Positions 39,695 to 50,414 are shown, counted from the first letter of the stretch. The stretch: 64,000 nt of DNA from an uncultured Alphaproteobacteria bacterium (GCA_902590895.1 CACIYM010000001.1:160555-224554); one strand, 5' to 3'. Numbers and translations: made by a program. Notes: generated from the sequence alone by a model not told the origin.

Positions 39695-42040
39695 ATGATT
39701 AAAAATTTATTAAATTTTTTTTATTTAACACTCATAGGACTTTTTGGCTTATTTTTCATAGTTATTTTTGTTTTTTATTTTTTTGGAAAAGATTTACCAA
39801 GTTTTGATAAACTTTCCTACTATCAACCCAGGTTAGTATCAAAAATCTTTACATCTAACGGTAACTTTCTTGAAGATTATTCCACAGAAAATAGAGTTTT
39901 TAGTAGCTATGAGGAAATTCCTAAAGAATTAATAAATTGTTTTTTAGTGACCGAAGATATAAATTTTTTTAATCATATTGGTATCGACTTTAAAGGAATA
40001 GCAAGGGCTTTTTACAAAAATGTTTTAAAGACTTTTACTAATAAGAGACTTGAAGGTGCTTCAACAATCACTCAACAAGTTGCAAAAAACTTTCTTCTTA
40101 CAAATGAAATTTCTTATACAAGAAAAATTAAAGAAATAATCATAGCTTTGAGAATGGAAAAGGTTTTGGAAAAGGAACAAATTATGGAGCTTTACTTAAA
40201 TGAAATTTATTTAGGTAATGGTTCATATGGAATAGCAGCTGCCTCATTGAATTATTTTAACAAATCATTGGCTAGTTTAGATCTTCATGAAATGGCAATG
40301 CTGGCAGCGTTACCTAAGGCACCATCAACTTACAATCCATATAGAAATCCAGTAAAAGCAATGAAAAGAAGAAATTGGGTCTTAAAAAGGTTATTTGATG
40401 AAAAGTTCATAGATTTAGATACATATAGCTCTGTTTTGAATGAAAAAATTGTTCTAACTAAAAGCGAAAAAATTCTTAACGATAATGCATCCTTTTTTAA
40501 AGAAGAAGTAAGAAGAGAAATAATTTCTAAGTTCAATGAATCAAAATTATATGATGGTGGACTAACTATTATGACCACATTAGATGAAGACTTGCAAATT
40601 AAAGCAGAGGAATCGTTTAAATCAGGATTAAAATCGTATTCTTTTAGAAAAGGTTGGAACGGACCAGTTACAAATTTTAGTTCGAAGGATAAAAAGGAAC
40701 TTTTCGAAAAGTTTAAGGAGCCAGAGGGAATTTATGATGATGAGTTAGGGTTAGTTTTAAAAGTTAAAAATGATCACGTTACTTTGATAAACAAAGAAAA
40801 AAAGCAGATTAAGCTTTTTAAAAATCAAATGTCTTTAATTAGAAAAAAAAAAAATGATTTAAAAAAACTTTTTAAGCCTGGTGACGTTGTAGTTTTATCC
40901 CTTGATAAAAATTCAGATTCATACAGGCTCAGTCAAATACCGAAAGTTAACGGTGGTATGGTTGTACTCGATAATTACACTGGAAGAGTTCTAGCTATGG
41001 TCGGAGGGTATGATTCTGGATCATCTTTTAATCGCGTGACACAGGCAAAGCGACAATTAGGTTCATCTTTTAAACCTTTTGTTTATATTACCGCGCTTGA
41101 AAATGGGTATACTCCAATTAGTAAAGTTCTAGATGCTCCATTTGTCATTGATGATATGTCGAAAGATGGTGTGTGGAGACCAACAAATTATGGTGATAAG
41201 TTTTATGGTCTTAGCACTTTAAGATTAGGTATTGAAAAATCTAGAAATCTAATGACAATTCGTTTATCAGATCAAGTTGGTTTAGATAAAGTTTCCCAAA
41301 TATCCAAACGTTTAGGTATCTACGATGATTTTCCTTTATTAATTTCAAGTTCTTTAGGTTCACTTGAAAGTTCTTTACTTAAAATTACAGCTGGCTATGC
41401 ATCAATTGCTAATGGAGGATACAGAGTTGACCCGAGAATGATTGATGTAATTTATGATAAAAAAGGGAAAATTATATTTAATGGGGACAAAAGGAAATGT
41501 CAAAAGTGTAAAATTAATTCAGACAATTACTCTTCACTTAGTAGATTGGATCTGCCAAAAATATTAAATACCTCGGAGAGAATTATTTCTGAAGATACTG
41601 CTTATCAGATGACATCTTTTCTGATGGGTGTAATCGAAAGAGGTACTGCAAAAAATATTAATATTTTTGATTATCAAGTTGCCGGCAAAACTGGAACAAC
41701 TAATGAAAATCAAGATGCGTGGTTTATTGGTTATAATTCTGAAATTACTGTTGGAGTATTTGTAGGCTACGATGAACCAAAATCTCTGGGGAGATTTGAA
41801 ACGGGATCGAAAGTTGCAGCACCCATTTTTAAAGATTTTATGAGTAAAAGTTATATGAAAGCTAAACCTAGACCTTTCAATATACCTGATTCAATTAAGT
41901 TCATAAATATTGATTTATTCTCTGGAAATCCAAGCAATAGAGATTTTATTACTGAATCCTTTAAATATAACTTTAACTTTGACAAGAGTTTAGATCTGAA
42001 AACTGATGATTCCGATATTCAATTAAAAGGATTTTATTAA
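39695..42040 (+). CDS. mrcA: Penicillin-binding protein 1A (bifunctional transglycosylase/transpeptidase)
   Basis: GT51 motifs (EDINFFNH, GASTITQQ, RKIKE) and transpeptidase motifs (SSFKPF, SRN, KTGTT). 781 aa. Confidence 0.9.
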   Translation: MIKNLLNFFYLTLIGLFGLFFIVIFVFYFFGKDLPSFDKLSYYQPRLVSKIFTSNGNFLEDYSTENRVFSSYEEIPKELINCFLVTEDINFFNHIGIDFKGIARAFYKNVLKTFTNKRLEGASTITQQVAKNFLLTNEISYTRKIKEIIIALRMEKVLEKEQIMELYLNEIYLGNGSYGIAAASLNYFNKSLASLDLHEMAMLAALPKAPSTYNPYRNPVKAMKRRNWVLKRLFDEKFIDLDTYSSVLNEKIVLTKSEKILNDNASFFKEEVRREIISKFNESKLYDGGLTIMTTLDEDLQIKAEESFKSGLKSYSFRKGWNGPVTNFSSKDKKELFEKFKEPEGIYDDELGLVLKVKNDHVTLINKEKKQIKLFKNQMSLIRKKKNDLKKLFKPGDVVVLSLDKNSDSYRLSQIPKVNGGMVVLDNYTGRVLAMVGGYDSGSSFNRVTQAKRQLGSSFKPFVYITALENGYTPISKVLDAPFVIDDMSKDGVWRPTNYGDKFYGLSTLRLGIEKSRNLMTIRLSDQVGLDKVSQISKRLGIYDDFPLLISSSLGSLESSLLKITAGYASIANGGYRVDPRMIDVIYDKKGKIIFNGDKRKCQKCKINSDNYSSLSRLDLPKILNTSERIISEDTAYQMTSFLMGVIERGTAKNINIFDYQVAGKTGTTNENQDAWFIGYNSEITVGVFVGYDEPKSLGRFETGSKVAAPIFKDFMSKSYMKAKPRPFNIPDSIKFINIDLFSGNPSNRDFITESFKYNFNFDKSLDLKTDDSDIQLKGFY

Positions 42041-43135
42041 TGAAATATGAATTGGTCCAAATTTCAAATAAGATTAAGGTTTTACTAGAAAACCTGAGGG
42101 GGTTTGTTTGAAAAAAAAAATATCGAAAAAGAATTAAAAAGTTTAGAGGAAACTCTTGAAAAAGAAACTGATTGGAATGACTATGAAAATATTAATAAAA
42201 AATTAAAGAAAAAAAATTACCTGTCAAGTTTCATTAAATCATTAAACAATCTTGAGAAAAATTTTTTAGATACACTTGAATTGATAGAAATTACTGAGGA
42301 ATCATCTAACCCGCAACTATTTTTAGAACTTGAAAATGATTTAATATCAACAGAAAAAAAAATAAGTATTCTTTATTTAGAAACGCTGATGTCCGGTAAA
42401 GCTGATAATAAAAATGCACTTTTAGAAATACATTCAGGTGCAGGTGGAGTTGAATCCCAAGATTGGGTTGAGATGTTATTTAGAATGTACTCTAGATGGG
42501 CTGAATCAAAAAAATTTTCCTTAATATTAATTGATCAGAGTATAGGAGAGGAAGCTGGTTTAAAAGCTGTTACATTAAAAATTGAAGGAGAAAATGCCTA
42601 TGGTTGGTTGAAACTTGAAACTGGGGTTCACAGATTAGTTCGTATATCTCCATTTGACTCTCAATCTAGAAGACATACTAGTTTTGCCTCAGTTTTTTGT
42701 TATCCAGAGATTGACAATTCTGTAAATATAAATATTGCTGAAAAGGATTTAAGAATTGATACTTACAGGGCATCTGGAGCTGGAGGTCAACACGTTAACA
42801 AAACAGATAGCGCAGTAAGGATTACGCATTTACCATCAAATATTTCAGTCCAATGTCAAAATAGTAGATCACAACACCGAAATAAAACTTTAGCAATGGA
42901 AATGCTAAAATCTAAACTTTATGAAATTGAAATAAAGAAAGAAGAGGAAGAAAATAAAAAAAATAGATCTGAAAAAGGTAATATCAGCTGGGGAAACCAA
43001 ATTAGGTCATATGTAATGCAACCTTATACAATGGTTAAGGATCATAGAACCAATACGGAGGTGTCTGATGTATCTTCTGTTCTTGATGGTGATATAGAAA
43101 AGTTTTTAGAAAGTCAGCTCACAAAATTTTCTTAA
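42040..43135 (+). CDS. prfB: Peptide chain release factor 2, translated via programmed +1 ribosomal frameshift at 42106-42112
   Basis: ORF1 starts at ATG 42040 and encodes MKYELVQISNKIKVLLENLRGFV, ending at TGA 42109-42111. The frame+1 body runs from GAA 42110 to 43135 and contains the RF2 GGQ (SGAGGQHVN) and SPF (ISPFDS) motifs. The site AGGGGG-TTT-GTT-TGA-A mirrors the E. coli prfB frameshift cassette. Confidence 0.8.
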
Positions 43136-43593
43136 GAGAGATTGGAAATATAATCAAAAACCTCTTGAACGTGATTTTTAACCTTAACTTTTTTCCATAA
43201 ATGTATGAGTATTAGATTTTCATCGAATAAAAAGGTAGATCGCTCTATTCCCATATATTTTTTTCCATACATTGATTTTTCTACCCAAACTTTAAAAGTC
43301 TTACAAACACTTCCATCTTCATCAGACGCTAATTTAATTTCAAGATTGTGCTTTTGGATAAACTTAGAGTGCTTCTCTACACTGTCCTTAGAAACGCCAA
43401 CTACTATAACACCAAGTTTGTCAAATTCATTCTTAAAACTTGTGAAATCAATAGCTTCTGTTGTACATCCTGGAGTGTCGTCTTTGGGATAAAAATAAAT
43501 TATAACTTTCTTTCCAAGTAAGTCTTTTTCAGTTAAAACTGATGTATCGTTTATGATTAGTTTTATACCTTTAAGTTTGTGTCCAATTTCCAT
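43132..43593 (-). CDS. bcp: Peroxiredoxin Bcp (thiol peroxidase)
   Basis: FYPKDDTPGCTTEA peroxidatic-cysteine motif. 153 aa. Confidence 0.85.
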   Translation of the reverse strand: MEIGHKLKGIKLIINDTSVLTEKDLLGKKVIIYFYPKDDTPGCTTEAIDFTSFKNEFDKLGVIVVGVSKDSVEKHSKFIQKHNLEIKLASDEDGSVCKTFKVWVEKSMYGKKYMGIERSTFLFDENLILIHLWKKVKVKNHVQEVFDYISNLS

Positions 43594-43648
43594 TTAATTA
43601 TACTTTGTCAAATTTATTATTAGTTAGTTATAATAAAATAAAAATATT

Positions 43649-46537
43649 ATGAAAATAAAATATTTAAAAAACCTATCTTTTTTTTTTTCAATTTTATTTC
43701 TTTTCTTGTTGACCATTTTATTCATTTTAACCTTAGTAATATCTTACAAACCTATAAAGCTTAACTTTACCGATTATTTTGATAGAGAAAGTAAAACTTT
43801 TAAAAGAATAGATATAAAAGAAATTGGTGATATATATATCAGTTTTAATAAGTCATCCAAAAACTTTGAGCTATTAATAGAAGATTTGTTAATTGATGAA
43901 ACTTATCTTCCCAGTACTTTAATTAGCTTGGATTTCACATTTTCTGAAAATATTTTTCAAACTTCAATAAAGATTTTTGATGCAGAAATCACCTTGAGGG
44001 ATAAAAGAAATTTTGAAAATGTTAGAAACGATGAGAAAAATTTAGAAAATTTTATATCTGAAAAAATAACTTTTATTAAGACATTTAATGTTATTGAAAT
44101 TATTAACTCAAAAATACTGATATTTGCAGATGATAATGCCTCACAAAAATACTTAGTTGACTTAAATTTCAAAAATAATTCTGCATTTATCCTTTTGAGT
44201 GAGCTCTCCTCTAAAAGTAACTTTGTCACAATAAATCTAGATTTTTCTGATAATTTTTTTTTTAATTTTAAGTCAAATAATTTTAATATAGATATTTTAA
44301 ATTTTCTCTATCCGAAAAGATTAGTTTCTTTTAATGATTTAAGAATTTCTGGTGAATCAAGTCTAGAAATTACTAGAAATTCAAAAATTGAGAGTTTTGA
44401 ATTTGATTTATTTTTAAACGGAAGTTTGTCATATGAAACTAATTTTAAAGAAAAACTATTAAATTTTGATAATGATAAATTCTTTGGGGTTTTTAATGAC
44501 AATGAACTATCAGTATCCTTTAATTTTTATGACATTCAATCAAATTACGAAGTTGGTATAAAAAATATTATCAAAAAAACAAACCCATCATTCTTTTTAA
44601 AGATTGATAAAATATATGTAAAAAATCTTCTTAAAATATGGCCAAAAGATTTAATGAATTCAACTTTTAATTGGATGAAAGAAAATTCAACAGGAACCCT
44701 CGAAGATGTTAATTTAGAAGTTGATTTCAATATTCAAGATCAAAACATTCAAATAGTCGATGTTTTTGGAACTTTTGAATGTAAAAATATTAATATTACT
44801 TACATGGAAGGGATGCCTGAAATAATTGATATTAACGGCACCGCCAACATAGAAAACTCTAAAGTGAAATTTGATATAAACGGTGGATCTTCAAATGGTC
44901 TGAATATTACATCTGGTAGTGTAGATTTATACGATTTAGATACAGACAATGAAAAAGCTAAAATAAATCTCGATATTCAATCAGAAAATAGTTATGTGAC
45001 CGATTATCTAAAACAAACCGAAATTGAACAAGACAATTATAATAAATTACAGGATATTGCTGGGGATGTTAATCTTAATTTAAAATTAGATTTTCCTCTC
45101 TTAGTAGACTTAAAGGCTGAGGAAATTAATTACTTAGCTGATGCTAGAATAATAAATGGATACTATAAATTATTTGATGGTCGATATGGATTAGATAGTT
45201 TTGAAATAAAAATTAACGTTAAGCCTGATATTGTAAATTTTGCAGGTAGTGGAAACGTTTTAGGTACAAATGTAAATTTTGAAGGTAAGCAAATTTTGGA
45301 AGGAATTCAAATAGTTGATGAAATAGAAGGAAAGATAAATATTGAATCTAGTGAGTTAGTAAATCTTTTACCTCAAGAATACTTTGAAAATTCCTCAGGC
45401 TCTTTACCCATAAGATTTTCTTTTATAAAAAAGGAAGATGACTTTAGATTTGAAGGAGTTGGTGAAACAGATCAGTTCAACATAGAATCCACATTACTTG
45501 GAAAAAATGCAAATTTTTCTGATGGAAAGCTTAGATTTGTAGTTAGCCCTTACGGAGAGAAAATTTCAGGTTTTTTGGATGTCAAAACAAAAAATATAGA
45601 TATTGAAGTCAACAGTATTTTTTCTGATTTAAAAATTACTAACATTGAGATTTTGAAATTTAAAACACCAAATCAAGATTTTTTATTGACAATGAAACAA
45701 CAAGATTTTGCCGAGATTAACATTCAGGGTAATACTATGACATTGCCTAAAATTAAACTAGGTGAAAAATCACCATTTCATGATCTTGATAAAATTCAAT
45801 TTAATTTGAGTCTTTCAGAAATCGTAATTGGTGTGAATAAATTTAATAATCCAAATATAAACTTTAAAAAGGATGAAAATGAATTTAGTTATTTAAATGT
45901 AAAACTTGATGGAGAAAAAGATTATCATAAAATAAGCATAAAAGATTTTGGGGATAAAAAAAAATTTTTTTTAGAAACAAACTTTGCACCAGGATTATTT
46001 AATATTTTTGACATCAATTTAAAAGTTAATACTGGAAGTCTTAAAATAGAGGGGGAAAAAATAAATAATTCTAAAACCTACAAGGGTAATATTGCAGGAA
46101 AAGATTTTGTATTTTTAGATGCTCCTTTTTTGGCAAATTTTATTACCCTGTTTTCATTGCAAGGTCTGGCTCAAAAATTAAAGGATGGAGGAATAATTTT
46201 TGAGAGTCTCAAGGGAAAATACGAATTTTCAAATGATAAATTAAGAGTTGTAGATAGTCTTTTACGGGGTAGTGAGTTAGGAATTCAGTTCGACACTGTA
46301 GTAGGATTTGAAAATGATTATTTTTTGACTACCGGATCTGTTATCCCAGCATACACAATTAATACATTACTAACAAAGTTTCCTATTGTAGGAGACATTA
46401 TAACTGCTGGATCACCTGAGGATGGTTTAATAGGAGCAAAATTTAAGGTAGAAAAGGAAGATGATGAATACAAAATATCATATAATCCAATTTCAGTTTT
46501 TGTTCCAAACCTTATTAAAAATTTTTTAGGTGATTAA
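43649..46537 (+). CDS. Large N-terminally membrane-anchored hypothetical protein (962 aa), possibly an AsmA/TamB-like envelope-spanning protein
   Basis: A single N-terminal TM (FFFSILFLFLLTILFILTLVI) followed by about 930 aa of Asn/Lys/Asp-rich, beta-rich sequence with no enzymatic motif. The AsmA-like assignment is inference from architecture only. Confidence 0.35.
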   Translation: MKIKYLKNLSFFFSILFLFLLTILFILTLVISYKPIKLNFTDYFDRESKTFKRIDIKEIGDIYISFNKSSKNFELLIEDLLIDETYLPSTLISLDFTFSENIFQTSIKIFDAEITLRDKRNFENVRNDEKNLENFISEKITFIKTFNVIEIINSKILIFADDNASQKYLVDLNFKNNSAFILLSELSSKSNFVTINLDFSDNFFFNFKSNNFNIDILNFLYPKRLVSFNDLRISGESSLEITRNSKIESFEFDLFLNGSLSYETNFKEKLLNFDNDKFFGVFNDNELSVSFNFYDIQSNYEVGIKNIIKKTNPSFFLKIDKIYVKNLLKIWPKDLMNSTFNWMKENSTGTLEDVNLEVDFNIQDQNIQIVDVFGTFECKNINITYMEGMPEIIDINGTANIENSKVKFDINGGSSNGLNITSGSVDLYDLDTDNEKAKINLDIQSENSYVTDYLKQTEIEQDNYNKLQDIAGDVNLNLKLDFPLLVDLKAEEINYLADARIINGYYKLFDGRYGLDSFEIKINVKPDIVNFAGSGNVLGTNVNFEGKQILEGIQIVDEIEGKINIESSELVNLLPQEYFENSSGSLPIRFSFIKKEDDFRFEGVGETDQFNIESTLLGKNANFSDGKLRFVVSPYGEKISGFLDVKTKNIDIEVNSIFSDLKITNIEILKFKTPNQDFLLTMKQQDFAEINIQGNTMTLPKIKLGEKSPFHDLDKIQFNLSLSEIVIGVNKFNNPNINFKKDENEFSYLNVKLDGEKDYHKISIKDFGDKKKFFLETNFAPGLFNIFDINLKVNTGSLKIEGEKINNSKTYKGNIAGKDFVFLDAPFLANFITLFSLQGLAQKLKDGGIIFESLKGKYEFSNDKLRVVDSLLRGSELGIQFDTVVGFENDYFLTTGSVIPAYTINTLLTKFPIVGDIITAGSPEDGLIGAKFKVEKEDDEYKISYNPISVFVPNLIKNFLGD

Positions 46538-47794
46538 TTCCACAATTCCATATTTCTTTTTTCCAACATAGATTACAACATACTGATCTTTTTGATGAGT
46601 TTCCTTAACGAAAAGTTTTTGATTTAAGATGTAATCTTTGTCTCTGATAATTTCTTTATTAATTTTTACTGCATTTTGATTAATCAGTCTTTTAGCTTCT
46701 CCATTAGAAGTACAAAGCTTAAGATCTATTAATATTTGCTTTAGTGTGATGCCCGTAGTAATTTGATCCTTTTTCAAGATAATTTTATTTTTCGAGTTTT
46801 TTAAAGTTTTTGTATTCAACTCGTTTGATGAAAGAACTAACTTAGCTTCGTTTTCTGCACTTTTTGATAGTTCTTCGTCGTGACATAGTTTTGTTACCTC
46901 ATTAGCTAACAATATTTTTACATCATTTAGTTCCTCTCCTTTGAGTGACTTGAATTTTTCTATTTGTTTATTTTCTATTTCTGTAAAAAGGTATAAAAAC
47001 TTAACAACATCTTCATCGGAAGTGTTTCTCCAATATTGCCAAAAACTATTTACATCTAATTTATCCTCTGATAACCATATCGCTCCACTCTCAGTTTTGC
47101 CCATTTTTTTCCCAGAAGAAGTTGTTATAAGAGGTGTGGTTACTCCAAATACCTCTTCATTATTAATTTTTCTTACCAAATCAATTCCAGAAACTATATT
47201 TCCCCATTGATCTGACCCACCAAATTGAATTTTACAATTATTTTTTCTTTTCAATTCTAAAAAATCATATGCTTGTAGTAATGAATAGTTAAATTCTAAA
47301 AAACTAAGATTTTGTTCTCTATTTAGTCTTTGTTTTATAGATTCAAGAGACATCATTTTATTAACTGAAAATTTACTCCCTATTTCTCTTAAAAAATCAA
47401 TATATTTTAAATTGGTCAACCAATCATAGTTGTCTATTAATAAAGCATTATTGGAAGATTCAAAGGAAACAAATTTTTTAAAAACTTCTTTAAGTTTATT
47501 TTTATTATTTTTTATATCTTTTTCACTGAGTATTTTTCTAGTTTCGTCTTTGCCTGATGGATCACCAACTAATGTTGTTCCACCACCAAGTAATAAGATA
47601 GGTTTGTGACCAAATTTTTGGAAAATTCTTAAAAGCATAAGTGGAAGTAATGATCCAGCATGAAGACTATCAGAGGTACAATCAAAGCCAATGTAACCTG
47701 TTGTAGATTTTTTTAGAGCCAGTGTAACTCCAGCTTCGTTTGTACACTGATGGAGATATCCTCTAGATTTAATATATTTTAAAAAATCATTCAT
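46526..47794 (-). CDS. tyrS: Tyrosine--tRNA ligase
   Basis: HIGH-region variant (DSLHAGSL), KMGKT-equivalent KKMGKTESG, and a C-terminal S4-like domain. 422 aa. Confidence 0.9.
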   Translation of the reverse strand: MNDFLKYIKSRGYLHQCTNEAGVTLALKKSTTGYIGFDCTSDSLHAGSLLPLMLLRIFQKFGHKPILLLGGGTTLVGDPSGKDETRKILSEKDIKNNKNKLKEVFKKFVSFESSNNALLIDNYDWLTNLKYIDFLREIGSKFSVNKMMSLESIKQRLNREQNLSFLEFNYSLLQAYDFLELKRKNNCKIQFGGSDQWGNIVSGIDLVRKINNEEVFGVTTPLITTSSGKKMGKTESGAIWLSEDKLDVNSFWQYWRNTSDEDVVKFLYLFTEIENKQIEKFKSLKGEELNDVKILLANEVTKLCHDEELSKSAENEAKLVLSSNELNTKTLKNSKNKIILKKDQITTGITLKQILIDLKLCTSNGEAKRLINQNAVKINKEIIRDKDYILNQKLFVKETHQKDQYVVIYVGKKKYGIVELIT

Positions 47795-47827
47795 TATACT
47801 TTTATACTGTGGTTATAATATTTTAAT

Positions 47828-48940
47828 ATGAAAAAGAAAGAGTTTTGTGTTTTAGGCATAATGAGTGGTACGTCAATTGATGGGTTAGACTTTTCCTTAA
47901 TAAAAACCGATGGAATAAAAAATATAAAAATAATAAAAAATAAATATTATAAATTTCATAAAAAAATAAGAGATGAAATTTCTGATTTAATAAATTTTTT
48001 TTGTTTAGAAAAAAAGTTTTTTAGAAATGAAAAATACTATAAAACTGAATTAAATTTTCTTAACTTCGTAGTTAAAAAAATTTCTTTTTTTTTATCAGAA
48101 CTATCTGATTGCGAAAAAAAAATTGATTTAGTTGGGTTTCATGGAAACACAATAATTCATAACCCAAAAAAAAATATCTCGATTCAGTTAGGCGATCCAA
48201 AAATGTTGGCAAAAACAATTAATATACCTGTGGTTGCGAACTTTAGAAATAGAGATATCGAAAATTTTGGTGAAGGTGCTCCACTTGTTCCAATTTTTCA
48301 TAAAGCAATTTTTTCAAAAAATGGAAAGAATATTATTGTGATAAATATTGGTGGAATTTCAAACTTTACATTCCTTATGGGAAAGACAGAATTGATTGCT
48401 TCGGATATTGGGCCAGGTAATACATTAATTGATAAATTTTGTATGATGAGATTTAATAAATACTTTGACAAAAACGGTTTGATAGCCTCAAAGGGAAAAG
48501 TAAATTATGACCTTGTAAACAGCTGGATGAAAAAAAAATATTTTAAAAAAAGTTTACCAAGGTCCTTTGATGCAAAAAATTTTAATTTAACAAACTTTTC
48601 TCAAAGCAAGGAAATAAGTAATCATAATTTTTTACGTTCACTAACATTCCTTTCAGCAAAATTGATAAGTGAACTTCAAACTAGGCTAAAAAAAAAAATT
48701 GATTTTTGGGTTTTTTCTGGCGGAGGGATTCATAATCTAACCCTTATGGATGAAATTAAAAATTTAATTGGAAGTGGGAATATTTTCTTATCAGATGAAT
48801 TAGGTTATAATTCTTCATTTATAGAATCCTCAGCCTTTGGTTATATTTCTGTAAGAACCTTAAAAAAATTGCCCTCGGCTTTCCCGTCAACAACTGGATG
48901 CAAAAAACGAAATATTTGCGGAGAGATTTTTTATCCTTAA
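47828..48940 (+). CDS. anmK: Anhydro-N-acetylmuramic acid kinase
   Basis: N-terminus VLGIMSGTSIDGLDFSLI is an AnmK hallmark. 370 aa. Confidence 0.85.
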   Translation: MKKKEFCVLGIMSGTSIDGLDFSLIKTDGIKNIKIIKNKYYKFHKKIRDEISDLINFFCLEKKFFRNEKYYKTELNFLNFVVKKISFFLSELSDCEKKIDLVGFHGNTIIHNPKKNISIQLGDPKMLAKTINIPVVANFRNRDIENFGEGAPLVPIFHKAIFSKNGKNIIVINIGGISNFTFLMGKTELIASDIGPGNTLIDKFCMMRFNKYFDKNGLIASKGKVNYDLVNSWMKKKYFKKSLPRSFDAKNFNLTNFSQSKEISNHNFLRSLTFLSAKLISELQTRLKKKIDFWVFSGGGIHNLTLMDEIKNLIGSGNIFLSDELGYNSSFIESSAFGYISVRTLKKLPSAFPSTTGCKKRNICGEIFYP

Positions 48941-49572
48941 TTATTTTTTTTAAAATAAGACTTAACTTTCTCTATTACTTTATTTTCATTATTAGAAAAA
49001 AAATGGTCAGATGATTTTATTACCTCTTGCTTTACATTGATAGATTGTTGTTGATTTAATCTTTTTACAACATCCTTTATTAAATTCACCTCTATTAAGC
49101 TATCCTTTTCTGCATTAATTATCATTCCTGATGCTGGACAAGGTGCTAAAAAATTAAAATCGTATTTTCCGACAGGAGGACTTATCAAAACAAATTTTGG
49201 GATTTCTGGTCTCCTCATTAATAGTTGCATTCCAATCCAAGCACCAAACGATATACCACAAATCCAGTACTCTTTTGATTCTGGGTTTTGATTTTGAAGC
49301 CAATCTAATGCAATTGCTGAATCAGCTAATTCTCCTTCGCTTCCATCATGTTCTCCATCTGATTTACCTACTCCACGAAAATTAAATCTTAAAGTTGAAA
49401 ATCCATTATCCGAGAATAATCTGTGTAATTTCAGTGAAAGTGGGTTATTCATATTTCCACCATGCCCAGGATGAGCATGTAAGATTAAAATTGATGGAGA
49501 GTCTTTTTCATTATTATGAGTGTAGTGGGCCTCTAGTCTACCTGCGGGGCCGTTTAATAAAATTTCTGGCAT
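48937..49572 (-). CDS. Alpha/beta-fold hydrolase (dienelactone hydrolase/esterase-like)
   Basis: About 211 aa with the LILHAHPGHGG region and a nucleophile-elbow-like GISFGA. 4-nt convergent overlap with anmK. Confidence 0.55.
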   Translation of the reverse strand: MPEILLNGPAGRLEAHYTHNNEKDSPSILILHAHPGHGGNMNNPLSLKLHRLFSDNGFSTLRFNFRGVGKSDGEHDGSEGELADSAIALDWLQNQNPESKEYWICGISFGAWIGMQLLMRRPEIPKFVLISPPVGKYDFNFLAPCPASGMIINAEKDSLIEVNLIKDVVKRLNQQQSINVKQEVIKSSDHFFSNNENKVIEKVKSYFKKNN

Positions 49573-49634
49573 TTATACTTGACTAAAATAGTAGGATATA
49601 TTATTTATATAATATATATTATAATTAAATTAAT

Positions 49635-50414
49635 ATGTCAAAAGGAATATTTTATCTAATTTATTCTGATCTTAAAGCTGCAAAACATAGAGACCCTGCA
49701 GCTAGATCAACCTTGGAAGTCGTGTTCTCATACTCTGGTTTTCACGCTCTTTTATTTCATAGGATTTGTCATATGCTGTGGAATATAAAATTAAAATTCT
49801 TAGCTCGTTTCTTAAGTAATATCTCCAGAATTCTTACTTCAATTGAAATTCACCCGGCTGCATCCATTGCTGAAGGATTTTTCATTGATCATGGTGCTGG
49901 TTTAGTAATAGGTGAAACTTCTGTGGTTGGGAAAAATGTAACAATTTATCAACAAGCGACTTTAGGTGGGATTTCTCCATCTATCGATTCAGCTTCTCAA
50001 AGAAATGTGAAACGACATCCTACTATAGGCAATAACGTTATAATTGGTTCAGGTGCACAAATTCTTGGCCCCATTTATATTGGAGATGACTCAAGAATTG
50101 GAGCTAATGCAGTTGTTTTAAGAGATGTACCTGATAATATGACTTACGTAGGTGTGCCAGCTAGAAAACTTGAATCATCGATTAATAAAGATTCTTTTGA
50201 AGCATATGGAATATCAAAAGGTAAAATTGACGATCCAAATAAAAAAAGTATTTCTGTTTTGTTTAAAGAATTACATTCGCTAAACGAGAAGATATTATCA
50301 TTAGAATCCTTAATTTCGCAAACCACCCCAAAAAAAGATGTTTTTGATATTAAACTGAAAAAATCAAAACAACAAAATAAAAAGAAAAGAGTGAGAAATG
50401 AAACTAACATCTAA
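49635..50414 (+). CDS. cysE: Serine O-acetyltransferase
   Basis: N-terminal SATase domain (DPAARS.LEV...SGFHALLFHRICHMLW) and left-handed beta-helix hexapeptide repeats. Carries a roughly 70-aa low-complexity C-terminal tail that overlaps the iscR start by 17 nt. Confidence 0.85.
   Translation: MSKGIFYLIYSDLKAAKHRDPAARSTLEVVFSYSGFHALLFHRICHMLWNIKLKFLARFLSNISRILTSIEIHPAASIAEGFFIDHGAGLVIGETSVVGKNVTIYQQATLGGISPSIDSASQRNVKRHPTIGNNVIIGSGAQILGPIYIGDDSRIGANAVVLRDVPDNMTYVGVPARKLESSINKDSFEAYGISKGKIDDPNKKSISVLFKELHSLNEKILSLESLISQTTPKKDVFDIKLKKSKQQNKKKRVRNETNI

Noticed and set aside
42104-43135. Track call of RF2 as a simple ORF starting at 42104
   Set aside because: Position 42104 is TTG, and the N-terminal 23 residues of RF2 are encoded in the 0-frame ORF from ATG 42040. 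This was replaced by the frameshift model.
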